Notes: generated by a model from the sequence alone, not told the origin. Shown: positions 43,347-53,629, counted from the stretch's first letter. The stretch is DNA of 64,000 nt from Minisyncoccota bacterium (GCA_036517335.1 DATDWX010000027.1:24192-88191), one strand, 5' to 3'. Numbers and translations are program-made.

Positions 43347-44392
43347 CGAATACGATTTCCATCGCTGGCAAAAAAATCGGTCCGGGACAACCCGTCTACA
43401 TCATGGCCGAGGCGGGGGTGAATCACAACGGCTCTCTGGAGCGTGCGTACCAGCATATCCGCGAGGCCAAAAAAGCGGGCTGCGACGCGATCAAATTTCA
43501 GACGTACAAGGCCGAACACCTCACGACGAAAAAAGCTCCGAAGTATTGGAACGTGGGCGATGACGACCTTTCGCAATACGAGACCTTCTCGAAGCTCGAT
43601 GCGTTCCCGATCGAGTACTATCGCAAATGTATGGTGTACGCCAAAAAACAGGGCATCATGTTTTTCTCCACCCCATTTGATCTCGATTCGGTCGACTTGT
43701 TGGAAAAGATAGGCGTCCCCGCATACAAGATCGCCTCGGCCGATATCACCTTCTTCCCCCTCCTCAAAAAAGTGGCGAAGACCAAAAAACCGATGATCAT
43801 GTCCACGGGCGCTTCCACACTCGGTGAGATGGAAGAGGCAGTGGAATACGTGCGATCTTTTGGCAACAAAAAAATTATCCTCCTCCACTGCATCTTGAGC
43901 TATCCCACGGATGCGGAGGATGCAAATCTCCTGATGATCGATGATATTCAGCGCGCCTTCCCCGATATCCCGATCGGATTTTCCGACCACACCTTCGACC
44001 CCCTTACACCCGCCTTCGCGGTGATGCGTGGCGCGCGCATCATTGAGAAACACTACACGGTAGATAAATCACTGCCAGACAGCCCCGACCACAAGCTCGG
44101 TGTGGATCCCGATGAACTGAAGCAACTGTGTACTGCCGTGCGATTGGCCGAAAAAAGCCTGGGACAAACACATCGCAGCCCGCTCAAATCTGAAATGGCA
44201 GCGCGCAAGCTCGCCCGTCGCTCTCTCACCTCTGCCGTGGTTATTCCGAGGGGGGCCGTGATCACGCAGAAGATGCTCATGGGTAAACGGCCCGGCACAG
44301 GCATTCCCACGAAATTCATGGATGCGGTCGTCGGCCGCACGGCCCGTAAGAACATTCCTGAAGACACGACCCTTACCTGGGCGCATGTATAA
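43343..44392 (+). CDS. neuB: Nonulosonic acid synthase (NeuB/PseI/LegI family)
   Basis: AEAGVNHNG, AIKFQT, STPFD, YKIAS, GFSDHT, IEKH and a C-terminal SAF domain (RRS, KRPGTGI). Confidence 0.88.
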   Translation: MTNTISIAGKKIGPGQPVYIMAEAGVNHNGSLERAYQHIREAKKAGCDAIKFQTYKAEHLTTKKAPKYWNVGDDDLSQYETFSKLDAFPIEYYRKCMVYAKKQGIMFFSTPFDLDSVDLLEKIGVPAYKIASADITFFPLLKKVAKTKKPMIMSTGASTLGEMEEAVEYVRSFGNKKIILLHCILSYPTDAEDANLLMIDDIQRAFPDIPIGFSDHTFDPLTPAFAVMRGARIIEKHYTVDKSLPDSPDHKLGVDPDELKQLCTAVRLAEKSLGQTHRSPLKSEMAARKLARRSLTSAVVIPRGAVITQKMLMGKRPGTGIPTKFMDAVVGRTARKNIPEDTTLTWAHV

Positions 44393-45359
44393 AGGAATTG
44401 TCATCGGGTGCGGCAAGATCGGAGCATTGCTCGAAGCCAATGAAAAACGACCGAGGCCTCGCACACACGCGAGCGCGCTCACAGTGAATCCAAAAACCTC
44501 ACTCGCAGCTCTCGTTGACACCAACCCCGAGAATCTTAAACAAGCGAGTGCATTATTTCCTGGCGTTCCAACCCTTAGCGATCTCAAAGAGGTGCTCGCA
44601 CGAGTGAGGCCCGATATTGCAATCGTCGCAACCAATCCTGCAAGCCACGCCTTGATCGTGGAGCAGTGTGTGAAGAGTGGCGTGCCGATTATCATCGGTG
44701 AAAAGCCGCTCGCAGATTCTCTCGAAAATGCGCAGCGAATTCGACAGGCGATAAGGAAAAGCGGCGCGACCTTTGCACTCAACTATCAGCGGCGCTATTT
44801 CCCTCTTTTTGCGCATGCGAAGAAGCGCCTTGCAGCAGATGAGATTGGACGCATCCACACGATCGAGTGCCGCTATGATAATGGGCTTTTCAACAACGGC
44901 GGCCACGCGATCGACAGCATGCAATTTCTCATTGGGAATCGCATAGCCCATGTCTCGGGTACGGTGAATGCCCGCAACCCGACCTATCCGGAGAGCGATC
45001 CGAATATCGACGGTGAGGGAATGATGCAGAACGGCGTGCAGATTTTCTTCAAAAGTTTCGATCAAAAGATTTCACCGATCCATGAGCTGCACGTTTCGGG
45101 CGAAAATGGATCGCTTCACGTACTCGATTACGGGTATAGCTTTGAGTGGAGCGACACATCGGGCAAAACAACCCGCTCTGAACGAGACGAGGTCAGCATG
45201 ACTGCGGGCGCCTTGGAGGACGCCCTCGACGCATATGAGAAGAAACGATCTCCACTAAGCGGCACTCCCAACGGGATCGAAACACTCACGGTTCTTGAGG
45301 CGTTTTCCGAGAGCGCGAAACACAATGGCAAGCGAGTTGAAGTTGCGTATACTGGGTAA
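44385..45359 (+). CDS. Gfo/Idh/MocA family oxidoreductase
   Basis: IGCGKIG, EKPLA, NYQRRY, NNGGHAID. Confidence 0.88.
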   Translation: MYKGIVIGCGKIGALLEANEKRPRPRTHASALTVNPKTSLAALVDTNPENLKQASALFPGVPTLSDLKEVLARVRPDIAIVATNPASHALIVEQCVKSGVPIIIGEKPLADSLENAQRIRQAIRKSGATFALNYQRRYFPLFAHAKKRLAADEIGRIHTIECRYDNGLFNNGGHAIDSMQFLIGNRIAHVSGTVNARNPTYPESDPNIDGEGMMQNGVQIFFKSFDQKISPIHELHVSGENGSLHVLDYGYSFEWSDTSGKTTRSERDEVSMTAGALEDALDAYEKKRSPLSGTPNGIETLTVLEAFSESAKHNGKRVEVAYTG

Positions 45360-45360
45360 T

Positions 45361-46647
45361 ATGCAAACACGGAGGGCAGTTCTTGCGATCAACGGCGGCA
45401 AACCCGTTTTCAACGGGAAGCTTCCGGAGATACACAATCATGACCGAAAGGAAGTGGCCGCTGCTACACGCGTCATTATGCACGGTCCGCTCTCGGGATT
45501 CGTCGGGGTGGCGGGGAAGCGTTTCCTTGGCGGAAGGGAGGTGCGCGCGCTTGAAGCGTCATTCGCAAAAAAGTTCAAAGTGAAGCATGCGGTGTCCTTC
45601 AATTCGGCGACCACTGCGCTGCATGCCGCCATTGTCGCGCTCGAGATCGGACCGGGCGATGAGGTGATCGTGCCGCCATATTCGATGTCGGCTTCTGCTA
45701 CCGCAATTCTTGCGAATGGCGCCGTGCCGATATTTGCGGATATCGACGAGCGCACGTTTTGTATCGACCCCAAGTCCGTTCGGCGGCGCATCACAAAAAA
45801 CACGAAGGCGATCATGGTCGTTAATCTCTATGGGCAAGCCGCGGATTTCACCGAGCTTTTGCAAATAGCCAAACAACGCAAACTCAAGCTCATTGAAGAC
45901 AACGCGCAATCGCCCGGCGCGAAATGGAAGGGGAAATTTGCGGGCACCATCGGCGACGTAGGTGTTTTTAGCTTCAACGTCCACAAGACAATGCAGACAG
46001 GCGAGGGCGGCATGCTCGTGACCAACAGCGCGCGCGCAGCACAGCGCGCGCAGCTCTGTCGCAATCACGGGGAAGCGGTCGTAGATCAGATGCCCCAGTA
46101 CGATGCTGGCCCGATTTTTGGTAGCAACTATCGCATGACAGAGCTCATCGCGGCGATCGCTCGTATCCAGATCACCCGCCTCGATCACCTGACCAGAAAG
46201 CGCCAGGCACTCGCCGCGCATCTCACAAAGAGGCTCGCAAAAATTCCGGGTATTACGCCGCCTTTCGTCCATCCAGGCAACACACATGTCTACTACCGCT
46301 ACACAATCAAAGTAAATCCAAAGATCCTCGGTATTTCACGCGATACACTCGCAGAGGCGATGGCAGCCGAGGGATTCCCCATTTCTAAGGGCTACGTGAG
46401 GCCAATCCATCTCCTACCGGTCTTCCAATCCCGCCGAGCGTTCAACAATACTGAATTTCCGTTCAAGAATAGCTACTACGACGGCAACCCTGATTATTCC
46501 AAAGGGACATGCCCGGTGGTGGAGCGATTGGAAGAGCAAGAGATCACACTCACTGACATCTGTCAGCACCCAAATACAAAAAAGCATACTGATCTCTTTG
46601 TACAAGCGCTCCTGAAAGTGCTCGCACACAAAGATGAACTCCGCTAA
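45361..46647 (+). CDS. DegT/DnrJ family sugar aminotransferase (PseC/LegC-like)
   Basis: NSATTALH, GPGDEVIVP, IEDNAQ, FSFNVHK, GEGG, NYRMTE. Confidence 0.9.
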   Translation: MQTRRAVLAINGGKPVFNGKLPEIHNHDRKEVAAATRVIMHGPLSGFVGVAGKRFLGGREVRALEASFAKKFKVKHAVSFNSATTALHAAIVALEIGPGDEVIVPPYSMSASATAILANGAVPIFADIDERTFCIDPKSVRRRITKNTKAIMVVNLYGQAADFTELLQIAKQRKLKLIEDNAQSPGAKWKGKFAGTIGDVGVFSFNVHKTMQTGEGGMLVTNSARAAQRAQLCRNHGEAVVDQMPQYDAGPIFGSNYRMTELIAAIARIQITRLDHLTRKRQALAAHLTKRLAKIPGITPPFVHPGNTHVYYRYTIKVNPKILGISRDTLAEAMAAEGFPISKGYVRPIHLLPVFQSRRAFNNTEFPFKNSYYDGNPDYSKGTCPVVERLEEQEITLTDICQHPNTKKHTDLFVQALLKVLAHKDELR

Positions 46648-47695
46648 AAAGATCTTGTTCAGCGCCAACGACCCGGGCGGGTGGAATGCCATCCTACCGG
46701 TCGTGCGCGCACTCGTTGAAAGAGGCGACGTCGCGCAAGGTATTCTAACCGGCCCCGCCCTCGATCAATTTCGTTCTCTTGACTCCTCATCCCAATACTT
46801 CGTTATAAAACGAAGTATTGGGATCATCGATGGCGCGCAATTTTCTGACAATGATCTTGCGCGAGAGATTGCAGCATTCAAACCGGATGTGTATCTCGCC
46901 GCTTCCTCTATTGGAAATTCTATAGACAAACGGATATTCAAATTATTGAGAAATATCACATCCGTGTACGTGGTGGATTTTTGGTCGCACTACGCGCACC
47001 GATTCGTAGAGAAGCAGCAAGACTTACGTCACATGCCCACGCGCATCTGCGTCATCGATGAGCGGATGAAAAAGATGATGCTCGAAGAGAGATTTCCGGA
47101 AGAGCGCATCACGATTACGGGCAATCCACATTTTGATCATTTTGCCGATGCCATCACAAGCGACCACGAAGATAACACCCGCGCCGTATTTATTTCGCAA
47201 CCCATCAAGCAGGATAAAAAGCACGCAGGGTATGCCGACCGAGGGTTCGACGAGTTTGGAACATTCGAAAGCGTCATCCGCTGCCTGCCCGATGATCTGC
47301 ATCTTTCAATACGCCTTCATCCGCGCGAGAAGCGAGCAAAGTTCAACGCATACCTGAATGATCGGATCACGGTGGGAGACGAAGCAACATTGGAAGAAGC
47401 GCTCTCGAAAGCCGGACTCGTCATCGGCATGTTCAGCCCTGTTCTCATGCAATCCGCGCTCGCGGGCAAACCAACCATCAGCTACCAGCCGGGCAATGCC
47501 GAAGATCCCTTGCCGACCAACCCAGTCGGTATCACCAAGCTTGCGAGGAACGAGAGCGAATTGCGAGCACTCATAAAAAAATATCAAGACTGGCAATTTC
47601 CAAAATCGAAGGAAAAAGTCGAGAATATCTGGCCCAAAGGCGCGACAGAGCGCGTTGTCGCCGTCATTGATGAGATAATCACAGGCAAGGTATGA
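46634..47695 (+). CDS. GT-B fold protein (nucleotide-sugar hydrolase/transferase-like)
   Basis: DPGG, VVDFW, ITGNPHFD, IRLHPRE, VIGMFS. Position in the nonulosonate operon. Confidence 0.55.
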   Translation: MNSAKKILFSANDPGGWNAILPVVRALVERGDVAQGILTGPALDQFRSLDSSSQYFVIKRSIGIIDGAQFSDNDLAREIAAFKPDVYLAASSIGNSIDKRIFKLLRNITSVYVVDFWSHYAHRFVEKQQDLRHMPTRICVIDERMKKMMLEERFPEERITITGNPHFDHFADAITSDHEDNTRAVFISQPIKQDKKHAGYADRGFDEFGTFESVIRCLPDDLHLSIRLHPREKRAKFNAYLNDRITVGDEATLEEALSKAGLVIGMFSPVLMQSALAGKPTISYQPGNAEDPLPTNPVGITKLARNESELRALIKKYQDWQFPKSKEKVENIWPKGATERVVAVIDEIITGKV

Positions 47696-48450
47696 TTGAC
47701 GGAAAGAAAGTAGTGGCGACGATTGAGGGGCGGATGACTTCTTCTCGCTTGCCGGGGAAGATACTGCTGCCCCTCTCGGGGAGGCCGGTGATGGCTCATA
47801 TGATCGAACGGCATCGGAGAAGCAAACTTGTTGATGCAGTGGTGGTGGCGACGACTACGAATGCAAGCGATGACCCTGTCGTTGCTTTGTGCGAGGAAAT
47901 GAAGTGCGCCTACTTTCGCGGCAGCGAGAACGATGTGTTTGCGCGCGTGGCGGGGGCAGGGGAGAAATACGGCGCGGAATTTTTGCTGCAAGGCATGGCT
48001 GACTGTCCGCTGGTGGATCATCGGCATATGGATATATGCCTTACGTTGCTCGCAAGCTCGGGCGCCGATGTGGCTGGCAACGAATATCCTGTGACGTTCC
48101 CGCTCGGCTTCAACGTGCGTGCATACAAATTTTCTACATTCAGAAAAGCCGAGCAAGAAGACACCGACCCCGCCTATCGTGAACACGCGGGCTACTCCAT
48201 CCGCTCACAACCGGAGAAATTCAGAGTGGTAAATTGGGAAGCGCAAGGGAGGATGCGCTGGCCCTCTCTTCGTCTCACGCTCGATACTCCAGAGGATTAC
48301 ACACTTATTTCGGCTGTATACGATGCGCTATATCCGAAGAACTCTGACTTCTCCGCAGAAGACGTCGTACAGTTTTTACGGGGACGGCCTGACTTGGTCG
48401 CACTCAACAGCGAGATCAAACAAAAAGTACCGAAGCTCGAACGGGGCTAG
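47692..48450 (+). CDS. SpsF/PseF-like acylneuraminate cytidylyltransferase family protein
   Basis: RMTSSRLPGK, VVATT, FRGSENDV, ADCPLVD, REH, RLTLDTPEDY. Confidence 0.87.
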   Translation: MIDGKKVVATIEGRMTSSRLPGKILLPLSGRPVMAHMIERHRRSKLVDAVVVATTTNASDDPVVALCEEMKCAYFRGSENDVFARVAGAGEKYGAEFLLQGMADCPLVDHRHMDICLTLLASSGADVAGNEYPVTFPLGFNVRAYKFSTFRKAEQEDTDPAYREHAGYSIRSQPEKFRVVNWEAQGRMRWPSLRLTLDTPEDYTLISAVYDALYPKNSDFSAEDVVQFLRGRPDLVALNSEIKQKVPKLERG

Positions 48451-49451
48451 ACAATTTCTGAAAGCGCGACGAACCGCTTTTCGGCATGCGAGAGCCGCGC
48501 AGCATCGAGAATGCGCGCCTGCACCAGCAGATCTGCCCCGTACTTTTTGGTGCTCCGAGCGCCGAGCATGATCTCTTTGCAAAAATCATCGATCATTAGG
48601 CGGAAGTGATCCGCTGGCTCGATAGGAATTTCGGTGATCGTGTCATCTTTGTTCAAAAATATTTTTACCGCCCTGTCTTTCGGCACCGCATACGCGCGCT
48701 CCAGCGCCACCTGCGCCTGCGTGCCCAGCACGCGGTAGGTAGATTGAAAGTACGAGCCGAAAATGCTCGACACAAAAGCCGACTTGCCGCCGGGATACGT
48801 GAGCAACATGTCCACTTTTGTATCAATGCCCGTTTGCGCATCAAGAGCGAGCGTGCACGCCACGCTGACGGGCTCCGCATTGAATACAATTCTACTGGCG
48901 GCAATGGGGTAGACGGCCGCATCATTCAATACGCCACCGCCGAGATCGCGCTTCAGAATATTGGCTTCCTTCCCCGGCATGGGCACGGCGAAGCATCCGT
49001 CGAAGGTCAAAAGCTCCCCGAGGGTTCCGCCATCAATGAGTTGCCGTACTTTCGCGTGCTGCGGGTGTGAGAGGAACATAAAGCCCTCCATAAGGCGCAC
49101 GCTATTCCTTTTTGCGGCCTCCACCATGCGCTTGGCTGAAGGGTAGGTAAGTGCCGCGGGCTTCTCGCACCACACGTGCTTGCCCGCCCCCGCCGCCTTG
49201 ACCGCCCATTCTTCGTGCAATGAGTTGGGGAGAGAAATATAGACCGCGTCTATATCGCTTTTTAGCACGTCATCATACGTACCGGTGCTGCAGCCGTATT
49301 CCACTGCAACGCTTTTGACTTGCTCGGGCACTCTACTGCCGATCATCGAGAGGTGCGCGACTGGTGATTCAGCAAGTGCGGGCAACACAGATCTCTTCGC
49401 GATGCGCGAACACCCGAGCACACCAAAGCGGATTTTTTGGTTGTCGTTCAT
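48447..49451 (-). CDS. Gfo/Idh/MocA oxidoreductase (NDP-hexose ketoreductase-like)
   Basis: GVLGCSRIA, DAVYISLPNSLH, GKHVWCEKP, GGGVLND. Confidence 0.87.
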   Translation of the reverse strand: MNDNQKIRFGVLGCSRIAKRSVLPALAESPVAHLSMIGSRVPEQVKSVAVEYGCSTGTYDDVLKSDIDAVYISLPNSLHEEWAVKAAGAGKHVWCEKPAALTYPSAKRMVEAAKRNSVRLMEGFMFLSHPQHAKVRQLIDGGTLGELLTFDGCFAVPMPGKEANILKRDLGGGVLNDAAVYPIAASRIVFNAEPVSVACTLALDAQTGIDTKVDMLLTYPGGKSAFVSSIFGSYFQSTYRVLGTQAQVALERAYAVPKDRAVKIFLNKDDTITEIPIEPADHFRLMIDDFCKEIMLGARSTKKYGADLLVQARILDAARLSHAEKRFVALSEIV

Positions 49452-49460
49452 TACAAAAAC

Positions 49461-49883
49461 TTACTGACTGGGCATCTTGAAATTGGGGTCCCCATGATCG
49501 CCCCTGCCCATCCCAAGGTTCTCGTGCACGATGGGTTTCTCACAATCGTCCCATTTTTTCGTGAGCATGCTCACGAGATTTACGTCGGTGATGCCATACA
49601 ATACGTGCACTGCGCCGGCGGGGATGTGGATGCAATCGCCCTTGCTCACATAGAGAAACGACTCTTTATCTTTCTCTTTCGTCACGATTACGCCCGTGCC
49701 GTCGGTAATGACGTAGTATTCGTCGAATTCCGGATGGTAGTGATTGCCTCGCACCTTCCCCTTGTTGAGAAAGAGGAAGTTGAACTCCACGATGGGCTTA
49801 TCGGGGTAAAAGGTAAAAATACCACCCCTTCCGTCCCGAACGGTGTCGAGATTGCACGCAGGATCAATTTTCCGTATTTTCAT
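49461..49883 (-). CDS. Cupin-domain protein (sugar isomerase/epimerase-like)
   Basis: DGRG, RGNHYH, E, IPAGAVH. Confidence 0.78.
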   Translation of the reverse strand: MKIRKIDPACNLDTVRDGRGGIFTFYPDKPIVEFNFLFLNKGKVRGNHYHPEFDEYYVITDGTGVIVTKEKDKESFLYVSKGDCIHIPAGAVHVLYGITDVNLVSMLTKKWDDCEKPIVHENLGMGRGDHGDPNFKMPSQ

Positions 49884-49943
49884 GGCGAGATTCCGATACC
49901 ATCATCCTAACAAAGTATCCCACCCGTGCAATCCGAATGTGGC

Positions 49944-50201
49944 CTATCCATACAATTCGCTGTGAGTCCCTATGCGCATGAACAATACGTCAAAGTTCCG
50001 TTCCTTGAAAATCGCCCTGTAATCTCCTGTCACATTGATGCTGCGACAACCGGGGAAACGTTTGTCCACGGAGTGGTTGTTGAGGAGCGGATGAAATATA
50101 TCGGTACGGAACAAATCAGCACGTTCAAAAAATTTCCGCTGGATCCCCTGCGACAGTTTGTCGAATTCCTTCTCGAACCGACGATGGAAACGAATGATCA
50201 T
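49944..50201 (-). CDS. RelE/YafQ-like mRNA interferase toxin
   Basis: FHRRFEKEF, LNNH, RSINVTGDYRAIF, IGTHSELY. Confidence 0.9.
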   Translation of the reverse strand: MIIRFHRRFEKEFDKLSQGIQRKFFERADLFRTDIFHPLLNNHSVDKRFPGCRSINVTGDYRAIFKERNFDVLFMRIGTHSELYG

Positions 50202-50482
50202 GTCCTGCTGCGCTTGAGGTATGCCTCCATTTCTTCGACAGTAGAAAAGGCGGGAGAAATGTTCTTCCCCCGCTCGGCATCGCGCAATATTGTGCGAATG
50301 CTACGTGCTGTTTGTGCGTTGAATCTCTCCTCGTTGACGATGCCGACGTCGAATTTGCCCTCCGCGAAGGCTTTTGTGGCAAGTTTCAAAACTGCGGCAA
50401 AAGGCACGCCCTCTCGCTTGGCGCGGCGCATCGCCTGCGCCTTGATCTTGGAATCAACTTTGAATACAACCTGTGAAGTCAT
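50198..50482 (-). CDS. RelB/DinJ-like antitoxin
   Basis: RHH-like N-terminus QVVFKVDSKIKAQA; C-terminal SPAFSTVEEMEAYL; ATGA overlap with the toxin. Confidence 0.8.
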   Translation of the reverse strand: MTSQVVFKVDSKIKAQAMRRAKREGVPFAAVLKLATKAFAEGKFDVGIVNEERFNAQTARSIRTILRDAERGKNISPAFSTVEEMEAYLKRSRT

Positions 50483-50486
50483 TTGT

Positions 50487-50517
50487 ATATCTTATAGATA
50501 GCTTAAAGATATGTCAA
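50487..50517 (-). promoter_or_regulatory. Sigma70 promoter with overlapping palindromic operator for the TA operon
   Basis: TTGACA-17 nt-TAAGAT-6 nt-ATG on the minus strand; IR ATATCTT (50487-50493) / AAGATAT (50506-50512). Confidence 0.8.
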
Positions 50518-50572
50518 CGCTATAGGCATAGGAAGGGTATCTCTGCGATTTTCGCTATGGTATCGTGGGTGA

Positions 50573-52015
50573 ATGAAATGGTCTGAGCGTGTCTCCACTG
50601 ATTACGCTGTCGTCGCAATTCTTGTTGCGATCGCGCTCTGCGCTCGTTTCTTGTCGTTTGGCTACCTCTCCTCACTTGCGGATATACGTCCGGCAGCATA
50701 TCCCTACCCGATCATTCAGGGGGACTCCATGCGTTATGCGGAGTGGGCGGACAACCTTATCACCTACCATGCGTATCAAGACAATGCGGGGTTGCCGCTA
50801 CGCTCGGTACCACCGGCGTACCCGGGACTGCTCGCTGTGTCAAAGGCGCTCACCGGAAGTTTTGCGCCGCTTGTCTTCATGCAAATACTTTTTGCCGCGC
50901 TAGCGGTCGCTCTCATATACAAAATGGCGCGCACGCTCCTCCCCGTACCGTACGCGGTGGTACCCGCGATCGTTTACGCCCTAGACCCTATGGCCGTTTT
51001 TACCGATTCGGCCGCGCTGACTGACGGGTTATTTAGCGCACTTCTTGTATGCGTCGTCTATCTCACGTTTTTTCAATTGTTCACGCGCGGAAGGGAATTG
51101 GTGCGGTGGGGCTTGATTGGCCTCTTGCTTGGCGTCCTCACTATGATCCGGCCTATCGCGCAATTCCTCGTTGTAGTGTTTCCAGCTATGTACCTGGTGC
51201 GCACATGGATGGATGGACATCAGAGCGACAGCTCTCGCTTGAAGATGATTGCTGTCTGCGCTCTGGCGTTTGCACTCGTTGTTGTCCCGTGGATGGTGCG
51301 CAACAAAATCGTCCACGACTCATTCGAAATATCCATCATCGGCACGCATAATCTCCTGACCAACAACGTAAAAGGTTTTCTCGGGTGGCGAGCGTTTGCA
51401 GAAAGTGGGCACCCTATGCCAGCGATTCTCGCCATGCGGCATTTTGGGGACCCCGTCTTCGAAGCAGTCGAGGAGCGTATTGCGGGGGATTTGGCACGGG
51501 CGACGCCTCCGGGCAAAAGCTACGTGAGCTACGAAGGCGGCCTCGCTATCAATTACATCTTCCACGATCCGATACGATACGCGTATTTTCATGGCGTAAA
51601 TACAATACCGTTCTTCCTCTCAAGTAGCATCGCGTCCTACGGACAGATCGTGCGGCAACTGCGCGACAACGAGGGTTTCTCTGAGTCTGTAACGCTCTCA
51701 CTCCTAGGTACGCTCGGAGAACTTAGGCATCCTTCAAACTTCCATGCGTGGGCCCTCGCCCTGTGGTCGCTCGCGCCCAAGGCGCTCGAGATCTCATGGT
51801 GGTTGCTGGTCGCGCTCTTGGCGCTAATCGCGCTCGTGCTGCGACGCCGTGATAGCACAATACTGTTGTGTGCGGTACTGGTGCTTTATTTCGCCGTGCT
51901 GACGGGCCCAATGTCGAATTCGCGATACCGTATTCCAGCAGAGCCGTATTTGGTGATGCTCGCTGCGGCCGGTGCTCACACTCTCATCGAGCGGCTGAAG
52001 AAACGATCGTCATGA
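50573..52015 (+). CDS. GT-C glycosyltransferase (ArnT/PMT family)
   Basis: DSMRY, PPAYP, TDGLF, RP, PWMVRN, RYRIP and many TM helices. Confidence 0.82.
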   Translation: MKWSERVSTDYAVVAILVAIALCARFLSFGYLSSLADIRPAAYPYPIIQGDSMRYAEWADNLITYHAYQDNAGLPLRSVPPAYPGLLAVSKALTGSFAPLVFMQILFAALAVALIYKMARTLLPVPYAVVPAIVYALDPMAVFTDSAALTDGLFSALLVCVVYLTFFQLFTRGRELVRWGLIGLLLGVLTMIRPIAQFLVVVFPAMYLVRTWMDGHQSDSSRLKMIAVCALAFALVVVPWMVRNKIVHDSFEISIIGTHNLLTNNVKGFLGWRAFAESGHPMPAILAMRHFGDPVFEAVEERIAGDLARATPPGKSYVSYEGGLAINYIFHDPIRYAYFHGVNTIPFFLSSSIASYGQIVRQLRDNEGFSESVTLSLLGTLGELRHPSNFHAWALALWSLAPKALEISWWLLVALLALIALVLRRRDSTILLCAVLVLYFAVLTGPMSNSRYRIPAEPYLVMLAAAGAHTLIERLKKRSS

Positions 52016-52018
52016 AAA

Positions 52019-52726
52019 TTGACCATGAAAATTGAACTGTGCATTCCCGCGTTCAATGAAGAGAGAGTCATTGCAGAGTCCGCTATGCGGGTGCGGGACG
52101 CGCTCCGAACGATCTCATCTGATTCCCGCGTGACCGTTGTCTCCAACGCCTCGACCGACGTGACGGCGGCGCGCGCTGGCAGTGTGGAAGGTATACATGT
52201 CCTCCAGATCAAGGAACGCGGTAAAGGCGCGGCGATTGTTGCCGCAGCGCGAGAATCTCACACTGATTTTTTTGGCTTTATTGATGCCGATCTTTCCGCC
52301 GACCCATCTGATATCACCGTTCTTTTCCGCGCACTTGAGCGGGGAGAATGTGATATTGCGATCGGATCACGACTGATGGACACTGGTATGGTCGAGCGCA
52401 CTTGGATGCGCACCATGAGCTCGCGTGCTTTCAACATGCTTCGGAAATTGCTGCTCGGCATCTCCGCCCAAGACTCTCAATGCGGCCTCAAGCTGATGAA
52501 TGAGAGAGGGCGGAGCATTCTTGCTTCATGCCAAGAGACCGGATGGTTTTTGGATATGGAGCTGCTTTTTTGCGCGGAGCGCGCGGGATTGCGCGTCCAC
52601 GAAATACCGATCCATTGGAACGAGCAGCGATATGAAGGTCGGGCGAGCAAATTGCGCGTCATGAGAGATGGTATCGGCGCGCTCACGGCTATGATGCGGA
52701 TACGTCGGCGATATATGGGACAATAG
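52019..52726 (+). CDS. Dolichyl/polyprenyl-phosphate glycosyltransferase GT2
   Basis: IPAFNEE, RGKGAA, FIDADLS, AIGSR, DSQCGLK, WFLDMELL. Confidence 0.87.
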   Translation: MTMKIELCIPAFNEERVIAESAMRVRDALRTISSDSRVTVVSNASTDVTAARAGSVEGIHVLQIKERGKGAAIVAAARESHTDFFGFIDADLSADPSDITVLFRALERGECDIAIGSRLMDTGMVERTWMRTMSSRAFNMLRKLLLGISAQDSQCGLKLMNERGRSILASCQETGWFLDMELLFCAERAGLRVHEIPIHWNEQRYEGRASKLRVMRDGIGALTAMMRIRRRYMGQ

Positions 52727-52731
52727 CATCT

Positions 52732-53436
52732 ATGATGGACCGCGGAGCGTTTGATTTACTCGATAAATTAGAGCGTACCTGGTGGTACCGTGGACGCAGC
52801 GAATCCGTGAGATCGGCACTTCTTCGTACGCACAGCGTACAGACAGAGGCGGTGCTTGATTTTGGCGCCGGGTTTGGCGGAATGTACGATACACTTGCCC
52901 GCTTCGGTACGCATATAGATGCGCTTGAGCCGGATGACGAAGCGAGGGTTGCAGCGAAGGCGCGGGGATATAGGCGCGTCTTTGCCTCAGACGCTGAAGT
53001 ATTCGCCACGCACTACGATCTCATAGGACTCTTCGATGTCGTGGAACACATCGAGCGAGATGGCGATTTCCTCGTGCGCATGCGCGAAGCGCTCAAAGAA
53101 GGAGGACGTCTCGCAATTACAGTACCGGCATTTCCATTTCTCTGGAGTATCCACGATGTTTCCCACGGTCATTTTAGAAGATATACAAAAGCTTCCCTGC
53201 GCGCTGTTGTGGAGGCATCAGGATATACCGTTGAATACATGAGCTACTGGAATATGAGCCTTTTTTTTCCCGCCGCCGCGCTGCGGCTACTTGGAAGGAG
53301 CGGAGAGAGTGCCGCATCTCTACCACGATGGCTCGATAACCTCTTTTTTGCAATTGTCAAAATAGAATCGAGCATCATGCGATTTGTACCGTTTCCTTTC
53401 GGAACGGGTCTTGTGGTGATCGCTCGGAGAAAATAG
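52732..53436 (+). CDS. Class I SAM-dependent methyltransferase
   Basis: WWYRGR, VLDFGAGFG, DVVEHI, TVPA, LWSIHD, HFRRY. Confidence 0.87.
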   Translation: MMDRGAFDLLDKLERTWWYRGRSESVRSALLRTHSVQTEAVLDFGAGFGGMYDTLARFGTHIDALEPDDEARVAAKARGYRRVFASDAEVFATHYDLIGLFDVVEHIERDGDFLVRMREALKEGGRLAITVPAFPFLWSIHDVSHGHFRRYTKASLRAVVEASGYTVEYMSYWNMSLFFPAAALRLLGRSGESAASLPRWLDNLFFAIVKIESSIMRFVPFPFGTGLVVIARRK

Positions 53437-53516
53437 CATGATTTTCATGCCAAGCGGCTACCGATCTAGGGCGTTTGCTTCATACAAATGCTAGTGCTAG
53501 CATTGCAACAATGAAT

Positions 53517-53629
53517 CCCGTTAGAGGCCGCGGTCGCTCAGCGAATATCATTTACATGCATGTGGTCGAAATTACAAGAACGTCTAATCGCAGCTTGCGG
53601 GTAGCAGACCGCGACCTGCCTCTAACGGG
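53517..53629. mobile_element. MITE-like element copy 4 (113 bp) at the start codon of the ligase gene
   Basis: 12-bp TIR CCCGTTAGAGGC/GCCTCTAACGGG; flanks ATGAA(T) at 53511 and ATGAA(A) at 53630; inner stem CGCGGTC/GACCGCG. Confidence 0.85.
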
